Assembly: GCA_010093605.1 (NCBI GenBank)
Contig: MU004181.1
Coordinates: 3,782,001 to 3,846,000, forward strand
Source of the DNA: Lophium mytilinum
Taxonomy: Eukaryota
Length of the DNA stretch: 64,000 bases
Direction of reading: 5' to 3'
The notes under the pieces are model-generated. The model searched no databases. It saw only the letters and a program-made list of their open reading frames with translations, and was not told where the DNA came from. Every line of letters starts with the position of its first letter. Position 1 is the first letter of the stretch. Made by a program: the position numbers and the translations under genes. Shown here piece after piece: positions 38,813 through 50,496 of the stretch.

Positions 38813-39799
38813 GGCGGACCAGCGCCGACGAGCGTCGGGGACAGGAGCAGTCACGGCGGTGGGCGGCGGCGTTGTGCGGCGATATTGGGACGACGTGGGG
38901 TCGATCGAGTCGCACGGCACTTGGGAGGAGAGAGCGCAAGGCTCGGGGGGTTCTGGGGGTGGACAGCGGCAGCGGCAGCGGCAGCGGGCAGCGGTTGGGG
39001 TAGATTGTCACGTTGCGGAGGCGTCAGGGAGGGGAGTGCACGATGTTGTGCGTAGCAGCTAGAAGCATTTGCATTTGCAAGCCGAGAGGAGGTGGAGTTA
39101 GAGCTTTCGCCGCAACTCGTCCGCGCGCTCCCGCCGTCCAAGCCAGAAAGGCGGGCAGCAGCAGGGTTCGCGAAGCCACACCTGGAGGCTGCAGATCGCA
39201 CACATGGCGGATGGCGGCGCTCCTAGCCAGCTTCAAAAGGCGGAGACCAGGCGTGCCAGGCTAGCCCGTCTTCCATGGCACGCTCACAAGTTTCAACACC
39301 AAGCCCGCGCGCTGGGAGCTCAGGGAATGCGCAGTGCGACAGGGCAGCGCGCGGCATTCGGACCCTGCTCCGCAGAACGTGAAGCGTGCACTCACGACTT
39401 CTCCAGAGCTCACCGCTGCGCTACTACTGACTACCTATCCAAATAGACTTCGAACCTTCGAACCCGCGAACCCGCCCTAGGCTTGGCGGCATCGACGAGA
39501 GACGGCCGCCAGGCTACTACCCCATTCTTGCTGGGGGCCTCCTTGGACCGCGAGACCACCTGGAAGACGCTGCTGCCCCGCACGTCCCTGCATGACGCCG
39601 ACGCCCTGCTGAGCCACCTCCGTCCTTCACCTCCAATCTTTTGGAACGCGCCGGCCCAGGCCATTCTCTCCCGTAAGCCATCGCATGAAGCCAGTGCCCT
39701 GCGCACTTGTTCTCTGCCCTTAGCATTGTGTTCAGACGACAGCCAAGCGCAGCACATTGCATCACGCGCTCCCACCATCCACCCACCCGCCCACCCACC

Positions 39800-41616
39800 A
39801 TGGCGGCCGCGCCCTTGACCGCCGAGCAGCTCGTCCACCACCCCGAGTTCAAGCACATATCATGGCCTCTGCAGCCGGCCGCAAAGGGCAAGGTGTCTGT
39901 TGCGGCTGGACGCGGGGGACCCTTCAGCATTGCCTATGAGATCCACGGCAAGGGAGATCGTCGCCTGGTGGTGAGTGGCCCTGTCTCCTCTTAGTCCCTT
40001 CCATCCACGCAATACATCTCCATCGCCCGTGCTTTGGGCGGGAGCCTCCGCGTCGCTGCAACTTCGAATGCCTGTGTTGTTGCGATCCCGGGAGCAGGAG
40101 CTCCAGCTGTGCGCCCGCCTCGGCCAATCCCAATCTCCCCGAACCTTGAAGTCTCCCAGCTTTGGATCTGTGCTATGACTTCACTTTTCTAGTCTCTGTT
40201 CAATGTCCACTCTTGCGCTCTCCTAGTCTCTGTTCAATATCCACGTTCCTAGTCTCAGTTCCATGTCCACTTCCTAGCCTCTGCTCAATGTCCTCATCTA
40301 GACATATTTCTTCTGATCACGCTCGTTTCTTTCCGCCGCAGTGCTTTTATGGCCATCTGCTTCACTATGCCTTTCTCTAGTGACCACGCTACGAGCCATC
40401 ACCGGCCGTTCAATGGGCCCACAATAGACTCTCACGGCCTCTCCTCGGAGGACAGTCCTTGATATTGCCGCACATCCACTAACGATTGCTTTTCCGTCAA
40501 CGGTAGTGGATCATGGGCCTAGGGGGCTTGAAAACGACGTGGCAACGGCAAACGAAAGACTTTGCCCACACCAAAGGGGACATATACACATCCCTGGTGT
40601 TCGACAACAGAGGCATCGGCGAATCGGACAAACCCTTCATGAGGTACTCGACATCCGAGATGGCCAAGGACACAGTGGAGCTTCTGGACCATGTTGGCTG
40701 GACTGATAATAGACGATTACACGTCATTGGAATCAGCATGGTAAATCAGCCCCTTCCTCCTCCGAACAACTTCGATAACTCCTCAAGGGTGGGATGATCG
40801 CACAGGAACTCGCCCTCCTGATACCGGACCGGATATGCTCGTTATCGCTAGTCTCGACGGCCTCTGGACTCTTCAACACTGTCGTGAGTGCACGAGAAAT
40901 GCATAATACATGTTCGTAGTCTAAGCCTGTACCAGGGATATTTTGAAAACCTCCGCAATCGAATTAACTTATTGTAAGTGGACATATGGTGCCTCCCTAT
41001 GAGTCTATGCAAGAATCTTCCCCACAGCACGTAGTGCTCAACGTCTGGTCGAAGATTAAGGCACGGTGCCCTGTCTCGTCGACAATCCTGCCTTGCAGAC
41101 CTAACTGTACACAGCATACCTCGGGCAATCGATGTGCAATTAAACAACGTCAAGAGGAACATGTACACAGCGGCATGGCTTGAGAAACCTGACGACACCG
41201 AGTATGTGGTAGAGCCGTTCCCCACAAATGGCGACCGCTTCGCAGCTTTCGAAATTGCCAAACGCAGTAATGCTGCCGCCTTTTCGCGTACTGGATTCTT
41301 AGCGCAAGCGATCGCCGCGGGGTGGCACTACAAGTCGCCTGCACAGCTGAAGTCAATAAGCGAAAAGCTTGGAAAGAAGAGGATTATGATAGTCCATGGG
41401 GGCTCGGATCGTATGATACCATTCCCTCACGCTAAGGTCCTTCAGCTTGGGCTAGAAGGTTGGGATTCGCTGGAAGCAGCAAAGGAGACAGAGGCAGAGA
41501 TCGAGACTCACTTTCCCGTGGATCAAAGCCATGTCATACCCATCGAGATGCGAGCCACCTTCATGGAGTGGGTGGAAGGTCTCGTTGAAAAGACCGAAAA
41601 GCTGGACATGACATAA
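39800..41616 (+). CDS. Alpha/beta hydrolase fold protein (5 exons)
   Basis: IAYEIHG, WIMGLGG, FDNRGIGESDKP, nucleophile elbow GISM/GG across an intron, HGGSDRMI, SHV. Confidence 0.88.
40189..40295 (+). repeat. Intronic minisatellite, 4 degenerate copies of CTAGTCTCTGTTCAATGTCCAC
   Basis: Copies start at ~40189, 40223, 40249 and 40274. Confidence 0.75.
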
Positions 41617-42461
41617 TCGGCTATCTGGTACCATCCATGAAGACGCTCATAATCGCGGGCCTGGCTTATAGTAAGCTTTTTAGTTAGAAGGTAACATCAC
41701 AAAGCGTAATGCATAAGCACATTCCAGTTCGAAAGATCGCCCCACACCAGGAATAGTTAGTCTGCAGCTCTGATCAATCCAAGTTATAGAACAGTTCGGC
41801 ACATTCGTCACCTTCGAATCCAACTTGCTAGTATTACAGAATGTGGGAATTATTTAGAGAAAGTCTCTTTGTAGAGCTCAGCCCGCCTTCTGGGCTAGGC
41901 GACTAGCTCCTAAGCGACTACTGAGTCAGTAAGTATGTATTTACGCATAAGTTGAGAGTACAGAATAGTACACTCCCTAGCTGCAGACTGCGAGACAACT
42001 TCAGGGAACTACTTTGATGTCCAGTCTTTGGCCTGTTGTTTAATACTGAACAAAGGGGCTGCGGTGTATGTTGGGAACTAGAGACAGTCAAGTTACAGAT
42101 ATAGCCTTGCGCTAACTTGAATATTTGGATCAGACAATTATGATTGAGAAGAGTTTCGGGCTCAGAGAGCATGCAGCATTGGCTAGAACGATGATGGAGC
42201 ACCACACTCTCTCCACAGATTTGAAGTGATATGAAGCAAAGCTAAGAAACAGTTGGGTTTTGAGCAGTCTGTGGACTGCGAAATCTCACGATTGATGCCG
42301 CTCATCGCTTTCGTAGCTCATCAGATAGTCGTTCCAGTCATATTAACATCCATGAGATGCCGGATTGTCAGCATACCAGCCATGTGCACCCAACGCCGAT
42401 GGCATTTGTGAGAACCACGGCGTGCTGCCTTGACCCTTTGTAGATTCCAGGACCATCCATC

Positions 42462-43523
42462 TCATTTTACGACCTCATCCAATCGGTTCATCAACGATTG
42501 TGCTTCTCTCACAAGAGCTTTCCTCCTACCCCGCGCTTCCTCGTCTCCTCCTGTCTCCACCGAGTCCAGCTTGATCAGGACCTGCGCCAAGATGGTCTCA
42601 GTGAGCTTCTTATGCTCGAAATCGCGTTTTGATTTCTCGGATGGGGGATTGGCGGAGAAGGAGACGCATAATGGTACAATTGTAGTGTGGAAGTTGCTTG
42701 CAATCGCGTCCAGCTTCTGAAGGGCGGTTTGTGGGCCTTGCGTAGCAGCTGGGGCTGGGGGCGCAGATGTGGGACGCGGTGCCGGGACGGAGGACGGTAT
42801 AGGAAGAAATTCGGCCCTCGCGGGGGTGTGGTTAGGGAAGTCCGGGTTGGACGAGCTAGCCGGCGCACCGTTGTTGGACTTGCGACCCTTCTTCTTCTTG
42901 CCTCCCCTGTTTCTCCGCTTCTTCTTGCTGTCATTCCCAGCCTGGCTCATGTCTTCGGACGCATCCTCTGTGTCCTCCTCGTCGCTGCCCGCACTCCACG
43001 CTCGTGGCCCATCCCCATCTTCAGCTCCAGGTGCCATTGCTCCCTGTCCAACTTCTCCGACAACGCACAGAATCTCAGAGCCTTGTCCATCGCCCCTCAG
43101 TCCTTCTTCTCTCGCAGGCCGGTCGTCATACTTCATGTTCCTCCCACGATAGAACAGCCGTACACGTGCAGGATCAGTAACACCGAGTTTCTTCGCCGCC
43201 GCGGAGCGGACAGTCCCTATCTTCAAGTCGCCATTTCCAATACTACGTGCGGGGAAGTGGGTCGGGTAGCTGACCCGCCTATGCTTCAGCAACAGGACGT
43301 CGGTAGCTCGATCTGGGTTCTTATCATCCCACTCGACAATTTCCGGTTCGGCAGAGCGAGATGGATGCCGGCTGTGGTGGCCAGAGTGCGTGGCTAGGTC
43401 TTCCGATGTTATGTAGCTAAAGTCGGCATCGGAGACTTCTGCATTCGAATTTGCGGCCGAGCCGGAACGGCCAAAGGGACTGAACCGCCCGCCCCAGTTG
43501 CCGAAGCGGGAAGACCAGGCCAT
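42462..43523 (-). CDS. BAG-domain Hsp70 co-chaperone with ubiquitin-like domain
   Basis: UBL-like RVRLFYRGRNMK; BAG EHKKLTETILAQVLIKLDSVETGGDEEARGRRKALVREAQ. Confidence 0.9.
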   Translation of the reverse strand: MAWSSRFGNWGGRFSPFGRSGSAANSNAEVSDADFSYITSEDLATHSGHHSRHPSRSAEPEIVEWDDKNPDRATDVLLLKHRRVSYPTHFPARSIGNGDLKIGTVRSAAAKKLGVTDPARVRLFYRGRNMKYDDRPAREEGLRGDGQGSEILCVVGEVGQGAMAPGAEDGDGPRAWSAGSDEEDTEDASEDMSQAGNDSKKKRRNRGGKKKKGRKSNNGAPASSSNPDFPNHTPARAEFLPIPSSVPAPRPTSAPPAPAATQGPQTALQKLDAIASNFHTTIVPLCVSFSANPPSEKSKRDFEHKKLTETILAQVLIKLDSVETGGDEEARGRRKALVREAQSLMNRLDEVVK

Positions 43524-44358
43524 GAACACCCAGGAGCAGACGAGAACAACAGCAACGGCGAGTGTGAGGGGTGTGGTGTCGTTGGCGAGGTCGGAGAAGA
43601 AGGCAGCCAGGGCAAACGTATGACGTGTTCCCAGATGTGGAAAACTAGACGATAGTGACTTCTGAGTTGTGCGGGGAGGGTAGGCTATGTCGAGTCGAAA
43701 GCTGAAATAACGGCTCAGGTATCGAGATGGTGCTCAGATGCAGACCCGCAAAGTTTTCAAAGTCGCCTAGTTCGAGTGAGGCCCACAAGCGATAGGATCA
43801 CTGTGAAAGCGGACTGTGGCAAGGGGGCTTCAGTGGAGGACGGAGTGAGGCTGCGGAAGAAACGATGACGAAAGCCAGGCAAGAGCGCGGGCGAGTGTCG
43901 GTGAAAGGGCGGAAGTCAAAGATGAGGCCACAGCCAAGCAAGTAGTAGAGAGGATCTGCTGTAGGCCTTATCTGGATAACAGGCACGGACCACATGGCAC
44001 GTGATAGTACCATCCATGGATTGTACAAGAGCTATATGAATGCCTTTGTAGCTTCTTTGTTCTATCTCTGGCTTGATGGATAAGAGAGACATATAGTATA
44101 CCTGGGCATTCTCGAACCTGGCTGGTGAATGGGTGGAGAGGAAAGTGCCACCCGCCAGCCGGAGTGGGACTGATCGCGGACTTGGCGCCAAGCTTTCCAT
44201 GCCGTCGATCCCGCTGTTTGTTTATTTTGGGAAAGCACGACCGACCTAGCGCAGCTCCACCTCAACCTCATCCCCCACCCGCCCTCTCTTGAGCCATCTG
44301 CCGCTCCTCCACTCGCCTCCTCCTCTACTACAGATTCGAAAACCTCGAAGACATTGCC

Positions 44359-46272
44359 ATGGCGAAGCGGCGATCTGCGCGCCTGCAAAAGGCGGCGGAA
44401 GCGCCATCCCCAAGCCCATCCCAGCAGCAGACGCCGGCTAGCCATCTTCCCGCAGTCAGCGAACAGAACGAATCCTCTGCGGCCACGTCTACTCCCGAGA
44501 AGCCTTCAATCGCCAGCTTCAGCTCTATCACCACACGTACCCCGCGCAATCGAACTCCGATCAAGCCTTCCGGTGCAGACATGCATCCTCATCACCACCA
44601 GGCTAGCACCGCAAAGCCACTCGAAGAGGCTCGCTGGCTGGGCTTTCTAGCCAAGGGCGCCCACACTGCTCCAGCGAAAGGTCCCAACCCGCTCGCAATA
44701 ACTCAGTTGACACCTACGAAAGGATGTCAGCTCGCTACCAATCCATTCTCTACCCCAAATTTCCATTTCAGGCACAAGAGACCATCTACGGACCTATCCC
44801 CCGAGGCTCAGCGCATGATGGAGGAGAGTCGCGCCGAAGCTCAAGGAATTCGCTCTCAGCTATTCTCTAGGCGTGAAGCCCCTTCAAGCGCAGCCCCCCT
44901 GGCCCGTAAGATGGCAACACCCAAGGGCAAGGCAAGCCGTTTCAGTGACATCCACATGGCTCAGTTCAAAAAAATGGATTCCATTATGAGCCATCCTTCG
45001 TTAGCTAGGACGAACCCAAGCCAATTCAGCCCTGCTAAGACCTCACTGAAGCGATCCCCTTCCAAAGCAGAGCTTGACGTCCACAATGACCCGCCCCAAC
45101 CAGCTGCTAGCCCACGCAAGTATCTGTTGCCGAGCGATAGACACACACAATTTGCGCCTGGTCCTGTCCCAACCAAGCCCGCGGTGAACCTCAGCGAACC
45201 CCGCGACCAAGGCAAATCGGGCTCAACGAAGCGCGTTAAGCGGCACGTACACGACGACACTTCTACAATTCGAACTATCACAGAACATAAAACTCCTGAG
45301 AAAAGTGTGCCGACCACTCCTCGAAGACCGACCCACCGTGCTCCAGTCTCTACGCTTCCACGATTTACTTCCAGGCTCCTCACCCCTACCAAAGCTTCCC
45401 TTGCCCGGACACAGAGTGCAAAGCCCATTAGAATCGCCAAGGTACCTTCCATGCTATGCTCACAACCAATGAAAGCACCAAATGGAGGAAAATCTTTTGA
45501 GGACTCGCTCAAGGAAGGAATTCGTAAGACAAGCCACTCGTTACTCAGTATGCCGGGTGTCAGGTCAATACTTCGCTCACCGAGTCGCAAGTTCTCCACT
45601 GACCCGACAAAAATTGCGGCAGGCACCCATATGTCCCCGCCTCCTGAACTAAACTTCGAAGCAGAGCTTCCAAGAGTCCCTGCTACAGCACCTACTCGGA
45701 AGCATGTCAACTTTACAGCAAGCGCAGTTGCCAAAGATGAACAGCTGGCTACCCCATCGCGCAAGGCCCCAGAACGAGCAGCATCTGAGGTTCCACTACC
45801 ATCAACTGTTACATATCCAGCACTTCCTAGTGGGGACGACTCCAACCTTGCTAGTGTACCTTGGACGCGTAGGATGACCATGGGAGATCAGCCGGGTAGT
45901 GGGCCTGGAAGCTTCACTTTCCGGTCAGAACAGGCTGTGAACTTTGGCCCTGCTACAAGCGGCTTGCAACGTTCAAAGCACGGACCGAAGACTGGCACCA
46001 TCAGACACGTCAGAAGCAGCGATGTACACGATGTAGATGCGGAGACGGAAGGCGGAAGCAAGAAGCGCAAGTTGGACGTGGTTGACGAAGGCTTTGACAA
46101 GGAGAACGAACATCAAGAGGGCTCTCGAGCTACCAAGAAGTCGAAAAGTAATTCGCAAGCCGGTCCGAGGACTCCTGCCAGCAAACTTCCCCGGCGCCTG
46201 GACAAGCGTGCGGGATCACTTACGCCTGCTAGGCTGAACCTGCTGGCCACGCCTAAAAGGAGGTGTGGCTGA
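44359..46272 (+). CDS. Basic, disordered S/T-P-rich protein, possibly spindle/microtubule-associated, 637 aa
   Basis: Intronless ORF with many TPxK/SPxK CDK-type sites, FSDIHMAQFKKMDSI, LLTPTKASLAR and a KEN box. Function inferred. Confidence 0.75.
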   Translation: MAKRRSARLQKAAEAPSPSPSQQQTPASHLPAVSEQNESSAATSTPEKPSIASFSSITTRTPRNRTPIKPSGADMHPHHHQASTAKPLEEARWLGFLAKGAHTAPAKGPNPLAITQLTPTKGCQLATNPFSTPNFHFRHKRPSTDLSPEAQRMMEESRAEAQGIRSQLFSRREAPSSAAPLARKMATPKGKASRFSDIHMAQFKKMDSIMSHPSLARTNPSQFSPAKTSLKRSPSKAELDVHNDPPQPAASPRKYLLPSDRHTQFAPGPVPTKPAVNLSEPRDQGKSGSTKRVKRHVHDDTSTIRTITEHKTPEKSVPTTPRRPTHRAPVSTLPRFTSRLLTPTKASLARTQSAKPIRIAKVPSMLCSQPMKAPNGGKSFEDSLKEGIRKTSHSLLSMPGVRSILRSPSRKFSTDPTKIAAGTHMSPPPELNFEAELPRVPATAPTRKHVNFTASAVAKDEQLATPSRKAPERAASEVPLPSTVTYPALPSGDDSNLASVPWTRRMTMGDQPGSGPGSFTFRSEQAVNFGPATSGLQRSKHGPKTGTIRHVRSSDVHDVDAETEGGSKKRKLDVVDEGFDKENEHQEGSRATKKSKSNSQAGPRTPASKLPRRLDKRAGSLTPARLNLLATPKRRCG

Positions 46273-46627
46273 AGCGACTAGAATTCTACCGATCCTCATG
46301 AACTTCTCCTGTACCATTTCGACGACCGTCAACACCATACAGTCCTCAAGGGTGTAAGAGTGTGGTAAGGATAGTGGCGTGAGAAACCCTACCTTTGATG
46401 TGTTACTATTACATGCGTAGCGATGGCGAAGCGGAGTTCCTTGTAGGAGGTTTTTCTTGGCTGTTATTGGCTTCAGCTTTTGACTTGTCATAGGCCAGAT
46501 AGGTCTTGGGAATGGGCGGATGGTGGCGAACTCATAATGAAAAGCGACCAGAGTACGTTAAAAATCAGACACTGTAAACAATAAATATTTTATACAAGCT
46601 CTAAACTCCCTCAATGTGAGGGCTCAT

Positions 46628-46890
46628 TGTAAGGATTATAATAGCATAAGCGTTATATTCTTACGCGTAATAGGCTTAAAAGCCTTTAAACGGGACGAAA
46701 CTATAAGCGTTTAAACGTAATATAATAAACATTAGATAACATTATAAGAACGTTAGAGAAACGTTTTATAATGCATTAAATACTGTATATATACTCTATT
46801 ACTATTAATATAGAATAGAATACTTAAGTAATATAATTCCTATCTATCTATCTATCTATTTATTCTTCTATTAACTCTATACCTTTAATA
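46628..46890 (+). repeat. 5' LTR of the Copia element
   Basis: Starts TGTAAGG at the GC/AT boundary; ends CCTTTAATA (RIP of ..AACA) immediately before the PBS-like motif. Confidence 0.75.
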
Positions 46891-49800
46891 GGTTATAAGC
46901 CTAGATTACACTACGCAATCTACAGCTATATAAAGCACTAACAGGCAGGTTCCATCTTAAAATTAACTAGATATTAATTAAAATTATCTAAATTAAAAAA
47001 ATATTAATAAGAATTATCTAAATTAACTAAATATTAGATAAAAACAACGCTATTTACTATCTTATTTACTATTACTAGTATATAAACCTACTATACTACT
47101 ATATAAGTAGTTTTAAGCTTAAAATAAAGCTAAAATAGCTAAAAATAAAGCTAAAATTAAAGAAGAGGACAAAGTTATTAACTATAAACCCGCTATATAA
47201 TAGCTAGAATGTAATCTAGAATTATAAATCTATTACAAATAAAATTAGACTAAAGAAATTTATATTTACTATTATAAAGCTTCTATAAGCTTATATTATA
47301 TTATAAACTACGCAATTAACCTTCTAACCTCTATTATCTATTACATATTAAATCTAGATACTCTAGATTAAATTATAACCTTTTATCCTATTATCTTATC
47401 TAACATAAGATAAAGAAATTAATTAAAAATTAAAATATTTCTCTTTCTATCTATCTATCTATTTATTAAATACATAGATATATAGAATCCATCTATCTAT
47501 CTATTCACTAAATACATAGATAGATAGAAATCTATCTATTTAAATAAAAATCTATAGATATATAGAAATCTATCTATTTATCTATTTATCTATCTATCTA
47601 TTTGCCTAACAGGCTATCTATCTATCTATTTAATCTAAAATAGATAAAATTAGTATTACTAAGCTAGTTAGTTAATTTAACTATAAAGTTTAGGCTCTAA
47701 GAGTATAATCTCTCTTAGTAGAAAAAAGTTATAGTAATGCTATTAGTAGTACTACTCCTATTCCTATTAATAAGGAAAACAATATAAAAGCATTAGCCAC
47801 TATTAGGCTTACTATAGAGGACGGTCCTCTATTATAATTATAGTATTCTACTACTATAATAGAAGCTTAGAAGCTACTAAAAAAGCTATATAGCTCTAAG
47901 GGCTTTAGTTCTAAATTTCTTATTTATAAGGAACTATTTAATACTATTTTATCTAAGTTTTTAACTATAGAAGACTACTTAAATAAGATAAAATAGTTAA
48001 TAGATTAATTAAAAGTAAAAAAGCTTAAATTACTAAATTAAGTTATTATAGCTTAGGTTCTAAATAACCTAATAGACCCCTATAACGGCTTTATAACTAT
48101 AGTTACGCAATCCTATAGGGAAAATTTATCTAATATTAAACTAGATAATTTATTCTCTAATTTAATAGATAAAGTAAGACAACAGAAGTCTAAAGAGCAC
48201 GAAACGGCTCTATTTAATAGAACTAAAAAGTTCTTACTAAAAAAGAATAGAGTAGAAAAAATAAGATATTATAAGAAGTATAAAGCAGCTATGCACTTTA
48301 TAAAAGATTATTTCTATCTATTTCCTAAAAAAGCTCTAAAATAGTTTAGAATAAAGGAATACTTTAAACCACTAAAAGATAATAAGGAAGAATCCTTACT
48401 TATAGAAGAATCTAACCCTAATAATTAGGGAGATTTCGATATAGATCTAGATGCAGCTAAAGTAAAGGTATTTCTAGCATTCTATTATACCCCTAATAAT
48501 AAAGCTAATTATATATTAGACTCCGGGAGCATAAGCTATATAATAGTAGATAGAAATCTATTTACTAGTTATAAGGAGCAAGCTATTATATTAAATTAGG
48601 GAGAAAATAAAACTATAACTATAGAAGGTATAGGAAATGTATAATTAAAACTAAATAGAAATATATTTATACTAGAAAAGTGCCTTTTTATACCTAACTT
48701 TAGATATAATCTAATATCTATAAGTAAACTAGATTCTATAGGAATAAACATTACATTTAAGAATAAAATAGCTATTATATATAAAAAGAATAATATACTA
48801 GCAATAGCATCGCTTAAAAACTTGTTATACTATATAAATATAGAAAATACAACACTTTTTATAAACTAAATACATAAATAGATAGATAAAAGCAATTTAA
48901 TAAATATATATATAGATAGAAATAATCTATCTATTTAGCACTAAAGAATGGGCTATATAAGCTCTAGAAAGCTTAGTATACTATTAGGTATAAATATAAA
49001 AGAACCTATATAATATAAAGCCTATATAAAAGCTAAAATAATAAAAAATAAAAGAAGTAAAGAAATAATACTAAAAACGGTAATTCCTTTATAAAAAGTC
49101 TCTTTAGATTTAGCAGGGCCTATAAATCTATCTAGTTTAAGGGGTAATAAATACATTATCTTCTTTATAGATACAGCTTTAAGATATATAGAATATAAAC
49201 TATTAAAATCTAAAGATAAAGCTTATAACGCCTTTTTAGAATATAAAGCTAAGGCTAAAAATATAAATACAGGAGATAAAAGAAAAATATAAATTTTTAA
49301 AACTAATAATAGGGGAGAATATATAAATAAGAAGTTTAAAATAACTCTTTTAAAAATAGGTATAACCTATTAATTCTTAAGCCCCTATACGCCGGAACAA
49401 AACGGTCTAGTAGAGCAAATTAACTTAACTATATTTAATATAGTAAGGGCTCTATTATATATAGCTAATTTACCTTTTAACCTATAGAAAGAAGCTGTAA
49501 ATGCGGCCGTATATATATATAATAGAACGCCGCACTCTAGCTTAAAAGATAAAACGCTATTTAAGCTATATTATAAAAGAAAAGCTAAAATAGATAATAT
49601 AAAAATCTTTAGCTCTACAGCTTATTATAAGGTTAAAACGCAAATAACTAAATTAGAACTAAGAGCTAAAAAGGCTATAATATTAGGCTATAGTTTAAAT
49701 GCGTATAGATTATTAGATCTAGAAACTAATAAGATCTTCTAGGCAAGAGATATAACTATAATAGAAAGCTTTCTAAATATAAAGAATAAAGTAAATAAAA

Positions 49801-50496
49801 AGGAAAGCTCTATAGAATATACTATAAAACCACTAAAAGAACGTAGAAATATAGATAATACTATAATAAGTAGTAATAATACTATTAGAGATAAAAGTAG
49901 TACTATTATAGATAAAAGCTTATCTAAAGATAAATTAGCTATAAAACTATCTAAAAATCTATCTATTTAAAGATATATATAAAATCTAAATTTAATAAAT
50001 AGATATATAGATAAAAATTAATTATTAAATATATTTATAGATAGAAACTAAACTTAATTATCTATAAATATATATATAGATAATCTATCTAAAGATAAAT
50101 TAGCCTTTATTATTAATAATAATAATAAGCTAAATATATATAAATAAGCTATAGAATCTCTATATAATAATAAATAGAAAGAAGCTATATAAATAGAAAT
50201 AGACTAGCTTAATAAGTAAAATACCTAGAAGTTAGTAGACTTACTAGTAAATAGAAATGCGTTAAAAGAATACTAGGTTTATAAAATTAAAACTAATATA
50301 GATAATAATATATCTAAATATAAGGTAAGATAGATAGTAAAAGGTTTTAGCTAAATCTATAGCGTAGATTATAAAGAAACCTTTACTAATATCTGCTATC
50401 TAGAAGTATATAGGCTATTACTTATATTAGCTACTTATTATAACTAGGAAATAATATAATAGGACTTTAAAAATGCATTTACGTATATAGACTTAG
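46628..50496 (+). mobile_element. RIP-degenerated Ty1/Copia LTR retrotransposon (5' part; interrupted in RT)
   Basis: LTR 46628-46890 then PBS-like GGTTATAAGCC. Protease ILDSGS at ~48515, integrase SPYTPEQNG at ~49380, RT relics (..VKGFS*IYSVDYKETF..DFKNAF) at 50175-50490. Domain order PR-INT-RT. Confidence 0.9.

Noticed and set aside
47440..47640. (CTAT)n runs as telomeric or centromeric repeats
   Set aside because: Microsatellite-like tract inside the Copia leader, probably RIP-homogenised; not TTAGGG.
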